Origin: Camelus ferus
Taxonomy: Eukaryota
Length of the DNA stretch: 64,000 nucleotides
Direction of reading: 5' to 3'
NCBI RefSeq assembly: GCF_009834535.1
Contig: NC_045716.1
Location: 13,578,001 to 13,642,000, forward strand
Both the position numbers and the translations under genes were made by a program. Below the pieces are notes generated by a model. The model made no database searches and had not been told where the DNA came from. It was given only the letters and a program-made list of their open reading frames with translations. Below are positions 26,036 through 38,810 of the stretch, piece after piece; the first letter of the stretch is position 1, and the number at the start of each line of letters is the position of its first letter.

Positions 26036-27487
26036 GTTATGAACCCAGGACTTTTGATTCTTGCTCCAACCATCTGCCCTCTAGGCCACCAGATTGCCCT
26101 GTTGTAAGGGAAGGGTGCTTCCGGAGCTGGCTACTTTGGCCACTTGGGTCTCAGGTGTGTGTGAAGAGGCCTCACACTGGGGTGGCAACCACAGAAGAGC
26201 TGCGGGGGGCCAGGCCGTGTTAGTTCAGTCCAGCCCCAAGGCCCGGACGGTGGCAGACCGGCCAATGCCAGGAGCTGGGGGACAGCCTTCAACTGTTTCA
26301 GGAAGCGCAGAAAGATCTTGGGTCACCCCTACCGTGAGGAAACCCTGGGCAGGGACAGTCGATGCTGCCGGGGAGCCTCATTTGATCTCCCTCCACTCCA
26401 GTTTCTACAGGCCAAGTTCCCGGTGTTGTGTAAGTTGTTCGCAGGTTAGTGCCACAGACGCTGACCACCCACCTATGGGACAACAGGCTTCCTGAGGGCT
26501 GAGAGCAGCCTGGGGGCCTTGCTTCCCAGGACCTGCTCTCCTGCAGCTCTGGGAGGAGATCAAGTCAGCACTCGACTCAGAATCCTTTCAGGAGCAAGGC
26601 GGGTGGTGGGTAGGCAGAGAGAAAGCCATATACACACCCTGCAATAAACTGAGCCTGGGTGATTTTTGTCTGTACAGACGTTTAATAAATGAACAAGTGA
26701 TCCAAATTCCTTTTATTATTAATACATCTAGGTTCAGAAAATGTCTTATAGTATGTAAATTATACCTTATCGTATGTAAAATATACAAAGATTTTTAAAA
26801 AAAAAAAAAAGTCAGACAGATACAAGGGGACCTTTTCCCACTAGATGAGACCCTTGGAAAGTCTTGTGGAAGAGAATATTATAGCAGAACTTAAAATATA
26901 CTTAGGAGAGTGTTATTGAATTGTTTAGTAATGCAAGGATTAATTTTCTAATTTAGTTTTCACAAGTGTGAATTTTCACTTATTGGATTTTCTTAGCACA
27001 GATATATTTAATTTTCTCAAAGAAAGTGGTGCAGAGAGCCGTGCCCAGATTTCCCTATCAGTTGGAGGGGGGAAGGATTGATCCCTTGTTCTTGGAAGAG
27101 TTTCCTTTTAAGAACTTTCTGGGGTGCAATTCTATCTGGGTGTCTCAGTTCCCTCTCTGGCACCCCACTCATGACTATATTGCCTCTTTGTGCAGATAAA
27201 TCAATGGCATCTCTAACTTCTCTGCTGAGACTGTCCAGGACCATGGTGACCACAAGGACAATGACCCACTGATCCAAAGCTCTGGCAGCCAAACTCACCT
27301 CTAATAATGACCGGGCATCTGTTAGGTTAATCTAGCTGGGGAGGTTAGACTAAGACCGATGAAAGCAAATCAAGTCATCTTTCTATTAGTGAAGAGGGTA
27401 TGTTTTAACAATACCTTTCATTGTCAGAAATATTATCAGAGGTAGAAATAAAGAACAGAGCATAGCCGTGCCTTAAGTCATCCTTAA

Positions 27488-27590
27488 TTTCTTTTCTTTT
27501 TTCTTTTTCAAATGGAGGTAGTGGGGATTGAACCCAGGACCTTGTGCATGCTAAGCACATGCTCTACCACTGAGCCATACACTCCACCCC
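27488..27590 (-). mobile_element. Vic-1-like SINE
   Basis: ATGGAGGTAGTGGGGATTGAACCCAGGACCTTGTGCATGCTAAGCACATGCTCTACCACTGAGC. Confidence 0.85.
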
Positions 27591-28999
27591 TAAATTTATT
27601 TTCTGAGCAAGTGCTGTCACACATCAGGTGCTGCACTGTGACAAGTCCCAGCTGCTGTGCTCGGAGAACTCATACGTTGCGGGGGCTAGTAGATATCACT
27701 GAGGGGTCTGGTAAAGCGATATGAGCAGCTTTAACCGTTAACACTTGCTGAGAGGATCTTGTTTTCTGTGTTGTTGACATGCATGAGATCAACTCTTCCT
27801 GTGGCCCTTTTATTGGTGTCCCCATTATGCAGGCGAGGAACGGAGGCCCAGGGGCACCTGGCTAGCACAGCTAGAGCTGGGCTTTGACCCTAGCATCCTG
27901 GCCCCCCATGTGAACCTCATTGCCTCTGGGTGGGGAATCAGAGACTACATTTGTCATGAATTTTGAGGGGCCGGTTGAGGTTTGTTTGCCACGTGGAGAA
28001 GGGAGTTGGAAAAGGGCAGATCTGGTGGAAGGAAGATGTCTCACCTCAGGAAACTGGGAAACACCAGCTCTTAGTAGCAACCCCCAATCCCTGAAACCAC
28101 ACCCCCCAACCTCAGGACGGTTTTGGGATGAAGAGCCTGGGGACACCTCCCACTCATGGCCCTTGGTACCCTGATAGGTAGCAAACTGCCCCCCCAACAC
28201 ACCCCGACACACACACTCTAGACCTGGTCCTGGCCTTGCTCTGTGGAGCCAGCAGCTCACATGACCCACCCTTCCAAAGGATTGCTAAAGGCCTTGTCCA
28301 CTGGAGTTTATAACGAAGGCACCATTTCCCAAACTCTGTTCTGCAAGATGGGAATACTGTACTGCAGTAAGAGGGGACAGATGTATTGGAAACATTAGTT
28401 TGAGCGAACTTAAGGAAGGTTTTGTTTGTTGTTGTTTCACTGCAGGGCTTGTCAGAACCTTATGTATGCGAACATGCCTTATGCACGCAACCCAGGAGGA
28501 AGAGAGGGAGATACGGTACGCAATGCTGCCTGAATTGATTTGACTGCCATTTGGCATTTGTTTTTTCAGAAAGCCCCTAATAAACGCAGAATACAGTTCA
28601 AGAAAGACTCAATAGAGGCCTGTATTGAGTGGCTCAGCATGTGGCTCTGAGAAGGCCAGGCTGCAGGAGTAAAGGGATGCCCCTGGGGGACACAGGATTT
28701 GAATGGGTAGGATTTAATGCAAAGAGGAGGAGAGAAAGACACCCAGGAAGGGGACACATGTACCAAAGGCATGACAGCAGCATGAGTGCAAATGCCCAGG
28801 TAAGGGCTTAGAAGCTCTGTTCCTTTTGAGCAACTCCCATGCCCTACTCACACCCCCATGACAGTCAGGACAGGCAAATGACGGTGGAGGGGGTGCTTGA
28901 GGCACTGATGGGCAGGATTGTTCCAATGAAATGTGGGGCCAATAATACTTTCCCCTTCTTTAATAACCTACGTGTTACGCTCTGCAATGGATTCTCCCA

Positions 29000-29892
29000 A
29001 CAGCCTGAAGAAGACTCAGCTCATCCTTTGGAGTGGATGGTGCTGTTCATACCACACTGCACCCCACCTCCCCCCCTACCCCCCAGTGCCTGGCCGGCCT
29101 TCCAGCTGCCGCCACCTGCACCTCTCGGCGCAAGGCTTTTCTCTGTCCGTGGAGCCTTCTCCACCCTGTGCGTCTGCAGGCAGGCGGTGCAGGGGGATTA
29201 CCAGCCTGCCGGGGCCGCCCTCAACGGCCTCGCCATCACGTGTGGTATCTCTGCACTACCTGTTCCAAACTGTTTCCTCGAATTTACCAGCATGATAACT
29301 AGCTGAGAAGGCTCCCTTTACTGAGTTCCTTCCTATTCTTCCCAGATCCCCCCACGTATTTACTGTACTCGTTTCCTAGGGCCACTGTACCAAAATACCT
29401 CAAACTGGTTGGCTTTGAAAAAAGATACTGATTCTCTCGCAATCTTGGAGGTTAGAGGTCCAAGATCAAGACGTTCGCAGGGTTGGTTCCTTCTGAGAGA
29501 GAATCTGTTCCAGGCCTCTCCCCAAGTTTCTGGTGGTTGCTGGCAATGTGGGGCACCTCTTGGCTGGTAGACACATCGCCTAGAACTCTGCCCCATCTTC
29601 TCGTGGCGCTCGCCCTGTGTGCAAGCCTGCCTCTGTGTCTAAACGTCCCTGTTTTATGAGGACACAGCCTTTTGGATTAGAGCCCACCCTAATGACCTCA
29701 TCTTAGCTTGATCATCTGCCAACACTATTTCCAAATAAGGTCACATTCACAGGTGCTGGGTGTTAGGACTTCAACAAGCTTTTGCAGGGCACCATTCAAT
29801 CCATAACAGCTACCTTCCTTCATCTCCCAATAAAGTACCTGTACTTTAATTTTTGCCTCAGGGTCTGCTTCTGGAAGAACCCAAACTAACAC
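29000..29892 (+). mobile_element. Degenerate ERVL LTR (LTR16-like), split by an MLT1 insertion
   Basis: GGGGATTACCAGCC...GCCGCCCTCA and the 3' end CTCAGGGTCTGCTTCTGGAAGAACCCAAACTAACACA resemble LTR16. The 5' boundary is approximate. Confidence 0.5.
29364..29808 (-). mobile_element. Solo MaLR LTR (MLT1B/C-like)
   Basis: TGTACTCGTTTCCTAGGGCCACTGTACCAAAATACC...TCCAAATAAGGTCACATTCACAGG...ATTCAATCCATAACA, with TG...CA termini. Confidence 0.85.
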
Positions 29893-30962
29893 ACTCTCTT
29901 AAAAATGGTTCCTCAAGTGGTACAAAGAGATTGTGAAACTTTCCTAGCACCATGTAACAAGTCCCTTGCTGAAATTATGATTTGAGTCAGCATTTTAATT
30001 TCTTTCTTAAACACAAGAATATACTTCTCAAGCTCTCCTAAGACTGTTGAGAAAATATGCTTCTCTGATGGCTCAGTTTATTTGTTTTGAACACTGATTG
30101 CCATTCACCACAATGTGGTTCCACGAGGAGAGGGAGGTGACATGTTAACTGCCCAGGGGTCTCTTCCATCAGGCAGTGCTGAGGCAGGACACTTCCAGCT
30201 CAAGGCGCAGAAGTTCATTTCCAGCCTGGTTGACTAGCAAGCTCTGGCTGCAGTGACTGACATAGATGCAGATTGTGGGGTTGCTGAACCAGCTCTGTCC
30301 CCTCCCCACGTCCCTCCTTCCCTCCAGAAGATGGAATAAATGTGTAAGAGGGGAGGGTGCTTCCCTCTCGGGAGCACCGGGGTTGCCCTTTAGAAAAACA
30401 TTGCCAGCACATTCTGCAATCTCGAAATGAATCTGAATGGTAATTCAAGCAGCAGGGCTGGTTCTAGATTTTAGACAGTTATTCTGGCTGCTCCAGACCC
30501 TCTTTTTCCAGGCTCCATCTGAACTCCCCATGGCAGTGGTCTGGATGGCAGAGGGACCCTGACAGGAAGAAGGGCCAAGATGGCAGCTGTGGCTGGCCCC
30601 TCCTGCCTCTGTGTGGTCTCCTTGGCTGATAAAAGAAGAACAAACGAAGTCATGTTTCCAGGTCACAGCTGCCGGGGGCCCCAGCTGTAAGGCAGGGTGG
30701 TTCCAGTTCAGTTCTGAGTCAAGAAATGCCTCAAACATTCTCGCCTTGGGAAAAGTCAGTAGGAATTGGTCATTTCTCTCTGTAGCTTTCTGTGGCCCAT
30801 GAGCATTTGAGAAATGGGAATAGGGCCCAGCCCTGGCTTGCAAGGAAAGGCTGTTTTAATTAAGAATAGATTTTAATTCTAGTGAGACATGCTTGTCTAC
30901 AAACACAGGTGTGTAGACCGGAGCTAGGATGACCTTGATTTTCTTTGCTGTTGCAAGTAGAT

Positions 30963-30982
30963 TGTGTGTGTGTGTGTGTGTG
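30963..30982 (+). repeat. (TG)10 microsatellite
   Basis: Read directly from the sequence. Confidence 0.9.
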
Positions 30983-31399
30983 CATGACAGAGAGACAGAT
31001 AGACAGAATTAGGAGGCACAAAAGGGACAGGAAGATGTATTACAAGGATATTCATGGCAAAGAAAATAATTTCTATGATTCCTTTTCTCTTCTTGTCAGC
31101 AGCCAGCACCTCAGGCGGGCTCTGGCCCGTGGACGTGGGAGGTTGTGAGAGGAGACTGTGTTGGCGAGCAGCAGCACTGTTTTTATTCCACTGCTGGAAA
31201 ATGACCCCCTCCTTTGTGGGAGGAGGACACTCCATGAGGTTCACATCCTTAGCAAAGAGCCCCTTTTGCTCCACTGATTTGGGAGAAAGGAACCATATCC
31301 AGAAGCAGAACAGTCTTCATTTATTCCAGAGTCCTTCCCTTGTTGCCAGCTTTCCATCTGCCTTTAACTTCCCTCTCTAATGGTATTTAGCTCATGCCT

Positions 31400-31600
31400 A
31401 CACACACCTGGCGTTTCCATGTAGGGTCCCATCTCGTAGCCTATTCAGTCTTATGACACCCCTGTGAGGTCGGCATCACTCCATTTTATGGGTAAGAAAC
31501 CAAAGCCCTAACAGACTAAGAGGTTTGTCTCAGGACTTGTTAGTAAGTGGTGCAGCCGAGGTTTGGAGCCAGAGTCTCTGATGCCTAGTGCTTCCCAGGG
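31400..31600 (-). mobile_element. MIR SINE relic
   Basis: CACCCCTGTGAGGT...CTCCATTTTATGGGTAAGAAACCAAAGCCC, the antisense MIR core. Further MIR relics lie near 3700-3880, 13510-13620, 16540-16660, 35290-35465, 39500-39690, 45150-45310, 48120-48290 and 54480-54780. Confidence 0.65.
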
Positions 31601-32464
31601 TCCTCGCTGTGCTGAGCTCCACTATTAATATGGTTGCGGAAGAGGTGCCATCAGAGAAGGGGGCTATGGCGTGGGATGCAGAGACCAGATCTGAATCTCT
31701 CTTTGGATGACGAGGGTGCTTCTAACCACATGTCTCCCCAAAAGCCCTAAGACAGACCTGCCTCGGGCCCTCTCCTAGGGGCACAGGGACAACCACCAAG
31801 CCACCTGCAGCCCGCTCCTCCTGCCAGCATCACTGACAGTGGCTCAGGTCCCACCCTTTGATGTGTGGTGGCTGGGAGTTGGATGCAATTGACCTGGGGC
31901 GGCTAATAAACACTTATTGGAGGTTCTGAACGGGTCTGGGAGAGATCAGTCATAGGAAAGACGTGTCCTCTGGCCAAGTCCCCTCCCCAGGGCTAGCTGG
32001 TCAGGATTAACGTGCGACGTGGTCTTCTCTCACGTGGGGAGGATTGTTTCCGAGACGCTTCTCCATCCTTCTGGCATCACTCAGACCCCATCTCTGCTTT
32101 GAAGACTTGGTAGCCCACCCACACCGCAATAACCCCTCCCTTCACTTAACTCCCGAGGCTTTCGTGTCTGCCCCACTCAGCTGATGGTGAGGAGTATGCG
32201 TTCTGGACTCACACTTACTCGGTTCAAATTCTACCTTCAGGACTTCCCAGTGGTATGTCCCTCGGACAAACAAAGGCTCTCTGGATCCAGGGCTCTTCAT
32301 CTGTTTAAAATTATCGACCTCAAAGGGGTTTTGGGACGAACAAACTCTATAAGGCATGAAAAGTGTTGGGCTTGGTGCCAGGCAGTTGATACATCCTGGC
32401 TCATAAGATCAGTGCACTGGGCTGTCGTTGACTGCTGGCTCATGTCATCATCCAACTCTTGTGT

Positions 32465-32552
32465 TATTATTTATTTTATTTTATTTTTTTAGTGGAGGTA
32501 CTGGGAATTGAACCTTAGCACACGCTGTACCATTGAGCTATACCCTCCCCCC
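32465..32552 (-). mobile_element. Vic-1-like SINE with an internal deletion
   Basis: GTGGAGGTACTGGGAATTGAACC joins directly to TTAGCACACGCTGTACCATTGAGCTATACCCTCCCC; the middle segment is missing. Confidence 0.8.
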
Positions 32553-32708
32553 AACTCTTGTATTATTAATTAACTTTTTATGTACATCGTTACATTTCTC
32601 CAACTGAAAGATTCTGGAGTCAAGGACTCTGACATTTGTTTCTTTGTGTTCTCTGTATGCCCAAAGTATGTACCATTGGACTCCCTCAAATGAAACCCAG
32701 CTGCTAAG

Positions 32709-32950
32709 CAGAGCGCTGCAAACTTTTTCTCCAAAGGACCAGATAGTAAACATTTAAAACACATTTAAAAACATTTTAGGTTTTATGGGCCATACATCTC
32801 TTTCACAACTGCTCCGCTCTGCTGGAGTCACACAAAAGTAGCCACGGACAATACGCAAAGCAATGAGCACTGTGATATTCCGATAAAACTTTGTTTACAA
32901 GCCAGTAGCTGCCTGGATTTGGGCCACAGGTCATACTTTGCCACCGCCCC
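32709..32950 (+). mobile_element. MER58A-like hAT-Charlie MITE
   Basis: GCAAACTTTTTCTCCAAAGGACCAGATAGTAAAC...GATAAAACTTTGTTTAC...GGATTTGGGCCACAGGTCATACTTTGCC. Confidence 0.8.
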
Positions 32951-34719
32951 ATTAAGAGCGATGGGATCAGAAGTCAGATACTTGGGTCCAAATCTACCTC
33001 CACTACATCATATGCCTGGTTTTCTATCTCTGTGTTTGAAAGGGGGCCCCATGTCAGTAAGTAAGTGTCTGCCCATCTCTGCTTATTCCCAGCCCATAGC
33101 ACCTGGGAGATGCCTGAGGGGCTCTCCATAGGCAGCCGTACAGCTGGAGGGAGGGGTTGGCTTCAATGAGCAGACAGCACAGGTGTAGAGCTTAAAACAA
33201 AAATGGCATACCTTTGCTGGGGGGGCATCTTCAATTCTCTCAGCAAAGTGAAGTGGAAACCCAAATGTGATTTGGCTGGCCTGCATGATAAAAACATTTG
33301 TTATTATTCTCTGATTTGCTCTGTTTATGGAGAGTTTAGTCATAGGAGTTTCTGTTCTCAGGAACTCACCGCACATCACGACACTCAGCTTATTCGTCCT
33401 CAGAATAATTCTGCTCTGCATAACAAGACTTTACAGGCAAGCGGGGCAATTATGAGAAACCATGTGTGTTAAAATTGCTACCAGTGCTTCGAGATCATCA
33501 GATAAAAGTTAATTAATAACACATGTATGTGGACAGGCCCCCCTCTCTAATTCTTAAGAGAAGCTCAGGTTGTAATGGAAGGATGGCATGCTCTATTTTC
33601 AACTTAACCAAAAAAAAAAAAAAAAAAAAAACAACCCTTGAAATTGTGTTGATTTTGAAAGTAAAACTCCAGCATCCTGTTAAGTTAAGGAAAGGCAAAA
33701 ACAGATGAGAACTACAGAGCAATACGAGTCTGGCTCAAAGTAGCAAGAATGATTGTAGGACAAGAAAGCATTGGGTAATGTGAAGATCTCATCACTGGGA
33801 ACATGGAGAGCTACGTTATAAATATTGTCTGTCTAACCATCCTCAGCTTTCTCATTGTAATGGGATGTACTGCCTTCTTAGAAGCAAGACTCTCCTTTGG
33901 GACATGAGTAAAATAAGTTGAATTCAGTTTCCCTTTCATGGTATAACGAGTATTTCTCCAGTGCAGCCTAAGAAACAGAATGTCACCCAGGAGAAACTTA
34001 CATAGGCAGCGATAATGTGGGAAAATCTAATAAAGAGAAACCACATACCCCACAGAGGAGAAGCCATTTGTGTGTGTGATCATCGTCTTGTGAGCGGTTA
34101 GATCACACTTTATAGTTCTGCCAAGTGCTTTCATGTAAATTACTTCATGAAAAAAATCCACATCCCTTTGGAATATGTGCTTAGCCCCTTTTTACTGGTG
34201 GAGAAGATAAAGCTGAAAGAAGATAAGTGATTTGCTCAAGATTCGTTATTGGTAGAGTTGGAAATTGAATTCCATTCTTCTGGGTCCAAATTTGAGCTCT
34301 TCTCCGAGATACTTAACATACGAAGAGGTTATGTATACATCTGTGGCCTGGAGGGATGGCATGCGGGGGGGTGAGGAGACTTACGGAAAAGAATGCGTTC
34401 AACGAAAATTTGCACATGAGCTTCCATTATTACACATACTTTTCATTTTCTGTTTATTTTCCTCTTAGAAGTTAAATTTTCCACTCCTGATTTTAACCCA
34501 AAGAAGGGCTAAGCAAATTCCATGGGCCACTCTTGAAGAAGGCAAACTGGAAAACATAGACGATGCCAACTAATTAGCATATCAGGATGTGGAAACCTTG
34601 GTCCAGGCTAACTCTTGGACAGTTTATCCCTAGAGACAATTTTCCAAGAATAAAATAGATGCTCTTTTTTATATTTGGTCTTCAGTTGTGCCAAATCCCT
34701 TTTGATTGAGTGCTTGGAG

Positions 34720-34923
34720 CAGAGGTTTTCAATCTCTGCTCTATGATGTTTGGGGCTGGATACTGTTTTGTTGTGGGGGGCTGTCCTGTGCATTGTAGCA
34801 TGTTTAGCAGAAGCCCTGGTCTCTACCTACTAGATGCACTTCCAAGCTGTGACAGCCCACAATGTCTTTAGATGTTGCAGAAGTCCCAAGGGGCAAAAAT
34901 CTGGCCCTGGTTGAGAACTCGTG
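34720..34923 (-). mobile_element. MER20-like hAT-Charlie MITE
   Basis: TTGTTGTGGGGGCTGTCCTGTGCATTGTAGCATGTTTAGCAG...GGGGCAAAAAT...GGTTGAGAAC matches antisense MER20. Confidence 0.8.
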
Positions 34924-35837
34924 GATTGAAGTCATAATTTTTGTTCATCAACCAATCAGTGATGGGTTAGGTCCTGATGGACAATCCAGTCTGACTTCAT
35001 TTTGGTCATTAGGTTGATCAGCGCGGGAGGCTAGCGACTGATCCATTGCTAATCGCTTTCCCCAACATTAGTTGAAGTGACGGCCTTGGGGCTGCCCTGT
35101 GAGTATGGCTTTTGGTTGACTCTTCCCAAGGGCGACAGCCATGAATCAGGGAAAGCAGCCACTCGACATTGGGTATCCACAGTTGGCCAGTGCCTCCTCC
35201 TATCTTCCATTGGTGTTGGGATTGAGGGAGGTCAGTTTCAGCAGAAAGTGAGGAGAGCATAGATTTATGAGGCAAACAGATGTAAATCAAAATTCTGGCT
35301 TTACCACTGCCTAGCTAGATGACCCTGAGCAAGTGACTAAACCTCTCTGAAACTGCTCTTTGGAAAAATGAAGTAACTCTACCTATCTTAATTTGGGGGA
35401 GAATTAAAGATAATGTCTGTAAAGGGCCAAGATGAAGCTAGGCACATAATAGCCCTGTAATAAATGTTTTCTGTTATTATAAATTAAAAAAAAAGAATGA
35501 ACACCTGAACAGATAAAGTAGAAATGTCAAATAGAGTGTCTGCCAGTGGCCGTGTCCATCTGCGATCTCAAGGGTTTTCTGATGATCCCTGAAGCATGAG
35601 CTCGTCTCCAGCTCCCTCGAGTCCCTCTACATCTGTTCTCACCCCAATGTCCCTGATCCTCTGACTCTTGAGGGATCTGAGCATTCTAAACCAAAAGTTT
35701 AGAAAGGTGTGGGTTCATGTAGAAATACGCCAAAGCACTGTTGGTTTTAGCAGCTGATCTGATCTGGGGTGTGAAAAACAACCAAAGTCACTGAGCCACA
35801 GAGGAATAGAAATGTGGACAGATGGGCAGATGGGAAG

Positions 35838-35930
35838 GCAGCTCCTGATCTGAGCAGCACAGAAGCTGCTCCCTTGACAAGGGAGCAGCTCCTGATCTGA
35901 GCAGCACAGAAGCTGCTCCCTTGACAAGGG
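35838..35930. repeat. Perfect tandem duplication, period 47 bp
   Basis: GCAGCTCCTGATCTGAGCAGCACAGAAGCTGCTCCCTTGACAAGGG occurs at 35838-35883 and 35885-35930. Confidence 0.95.
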
Positions 35931-38109
35931 CTAGGGGATAGACTAAAGGACAGGAGTGGTGGCAGAGAGCTGCCACAGCCAGGGTCCCAAGGCCAAGCTA
36001 CAAGCACCCATCACACGTCTGCAGCAGGGTCCACTCTAGGCACCAAGGAGAAAGGACCAGGCCCTCAATAAAATATTTGCCCAGGACAGCCCTGGGTAAA
36101 ACGATAAAGGAGGTTTTTATGGCAACATCTCCCTTCCCCTCTGCATCATGGAATCTGTCCTTGGTAAAGAAGCTAGCAGATCCCCTTGGTCCTAATCTCT
36201 TTAGTTCACTGGCCCTGAGAAAGGAGGTGGAAGAACCATGAAGCTGGTGGCTGAGCCAGAAAGATGCTGTAGGTGGAATTCAGGTCATGGATGGGGTTGG
36301 GCGCACCTTATACACGGATTTCCGAGTTTGTTCCAGTCGACAGTTTGTGATTCTCGATCTGCAGCCCAGGATGGACTCAGCCCAGTGCTCTTTCTGCTCT
36401 GCCAGGCTCTTTTCTCATCCCTACTTATTTTAACTCTAAATTCTAGGATAATAGTTATCCAAGGCAATAGTACTGTTTCCATATCAAATAGCAACAACAC
36501 TTGCAATCTTCACGTCCTTATTTATTTGATGCTGCCCCTAAAAGTGGTAATTTACCACCAAGAAAGTTTCTCGTGCCCTAGAAAACTAGAGAAAATGAGA
36601 AATAAGCAAAAGATGGCCTGAAAGTCAGCCATTCTACCACATCCTATTTAAAACTGGGTGGATTTTATTACCTGCTTTTAGAAACTAAAATACATACGCT
36701 TTAAAAGACAGCATTTTTCCTATTTTAATGATTACAAGGTCAAAGTATACTTATTGTGGAAAACTTAGTAAATATAGGAAAGAACAGAGAGAAAACAAAA
36801 ATCATGTAAAAAAATTTTTGCCACCAAGGCTCAGTTTGTACGTCAGTGACCATCCTTCCGGATTGAATACGTGCATTTAGTTTTATAACGTTTTTTTTTC
36901 CCCACTTAACGATAAATCATGGCCATCTTTCCTTCTTGTTAAATATTTCTCTGCATCAATTTTAGTGCCCACAGAGTGCTGTAATTTATTCCACCACTGC
37001 CTATTGTTGGACATTAAATGACTTCACATTTTGATGCATTATGAACAGTGCTGCTGTGGACATTCCTGTGCATAAATTTGTGTCCACATTGGGGGTTATT
37101 TCTTTGGAATAAATTCCTGGCAGTAGACCTGCTAGGTCTCCCCTCACGGTCAGTGTCCTTGCTTCCGGGGCTTGCCTTTGGAGCTTTCATGAGCCCAAAC
37201 TTTGCATTACTCACCTTCCTTGTGAAGCTTCCTAAACTCCAGGCCTATCTCCACCTGATGGAGAGTTCAGGTGTGGCAGGGTGCACATCACACCCATCCT
37301 GGCCTGCTCTCCAAAGGGTGGAGCTGATGGCCATTTGTAGCCACGGTGGTCAAGACCAAGAAGGGTTTCTCATACCATTCCTTTCGGGCATTTATGATGG
37401 TGACAGAGGACCACAGTGGACATATCCATCCAAAGACACCTCTCAGGAGATGGAGGGACCCCATTGAAGAACAGTCCCCGAATCTCAAACTTCAACTCGG
37501 TCCCGAGTTACACTCGTCTCCCTGGTTGTGGTCCTTCTTCCTCCCACCCCTTGTTCACCTCTCAGCCCCACCCAGGAAGCCCTGCTTGTCAGCTGAACTT
37601 GCTGATTTCTCTCTGGGTCCAGCACCTCTGAGATCCAGCTGCTTCCTCCTTAGATTCCTTCTTCATACTCCCTGCTCCACTCTGTACAGAGTCAGACGCT
37701 CCACAGGATGGAGCAGGCTTCAAAGCCAAAGTAATGCAAAACCTCTTTGCTCCAGGATTTGGTGGCAAGCTGGTGCTTCTGAGCAGACTTGCAGCCCAGG
37801 TACTGGCCAGGGGAGGAGTGACTGCTGGGGGTGGGGGGTGCTTAGGGCTCCTGTGATCCTGCTACAGCACATGCAGGCCCAACCCGGATGCAGCAGTCAG
37901 AACATTGGAAGTCCCTTCAAGGTCCTCAAGTCAAAATTCTCTTCTAACACAGCTGTCACTCAATAGTGTCTTTGGTGAGTGGAAAGCCAGAATTTTGGGG
38001 ATAGTTCTGTGATGAATAACTCACTACTAGACTATTTTCTGCCTTATTCCACAATTCTTCCCATGTAGAGAAAACAAATACAAAACAAAACCCACCACAA
38101 ATACTAGTC

Positions 38110-38680
38110 ATTTGTTTATTCATTTAACAAATATTTATTGAGCATCTTTTCTATGCCCGGAACAGTTCTGGGTGCTTTGGAAACAACACGAACAAAACAA
38201 CAAAACAAAACAACAACCTCAGACCTCATAGAGCTAATATTTTAAAGGTGAAGACAGGTAATAAACAAGGCAATGAGTAAGATATATATTCAGAGAGAGA
38301 GAAGTGCTGAGAAGGAAAATACCACAGGGAAGGCACACGGAAGTGTCTGGGTGGTGGTGGAAGGGACACAATTTTATGTAGAATGCTCAGGGATGTCCTT
38401 GCTGAGACAGTGACATAGGATTCAAACCAGACGGGAGTGAGTGAGCAGGCCAAGTGGGACTCTGGCAGGAGGCGGGGAGGGACAGTGCAGAGACTGGCGA
38501 GTTCCCCGGGCTGCAAGGAGGTGGAGTAAGTGAGGGGGAGGCCAGAGGTACTGAGTTACAGTGGGGGGGCAAGGAGAGTGACAATTGAGGATGGGCTTGA
38601 AGAACGTTGTATGCGAGGTGAGATGGAGATCAAGAGCGTGGAGCAGAAAAGAGACCTAGTTTTATGTTTTAGCGCAGTCA
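38110..38680 (-). mobile_element. L2 LINE 3' fragment
   Basis: TTCATTTAACAAATATTTATTGAGCATC...AACAGTTCTGGGTGCT, the antisense L2a end. Other L2-like pieces lie near 17870-17990, 51430-51650 and 59940-60130. Confidence 0.7.
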
Positions 38681-38810
38681 GTGTAGCAGCTGGGCTGGGA
38701 ATTTAGTGAGGGCAAGTGAGGGCAGAGGTCAGTATTCCTAGCACTGTGCTAGGTGATAAGGATGAAATGAGGAGCCAACTCTCTTCCCTCGGATGGATCA
38801 GTGTGACCAC

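Noticed and set aside
27017-27298. Minus-strand ORF possibly from another processed pseudogene
   Set aside because: I could not match it to any protein family, and there is no poly(A) tail or TSD. A tBLASTx search would settle it.
35838-35930. CRISPR-like or other repeat-spacer array
   Set aside because: Only two directly adjacent copies, no spacers, and a mammalian context.
37346-37966. Longest ORFs in the track (206 aa here; 201 aa at 48417-49022; 175 aa at 49208-49735)
   Set aside because: No recognisable domain, non-ATG starts, and composition typical of chance ORFs in GC-rich intron.
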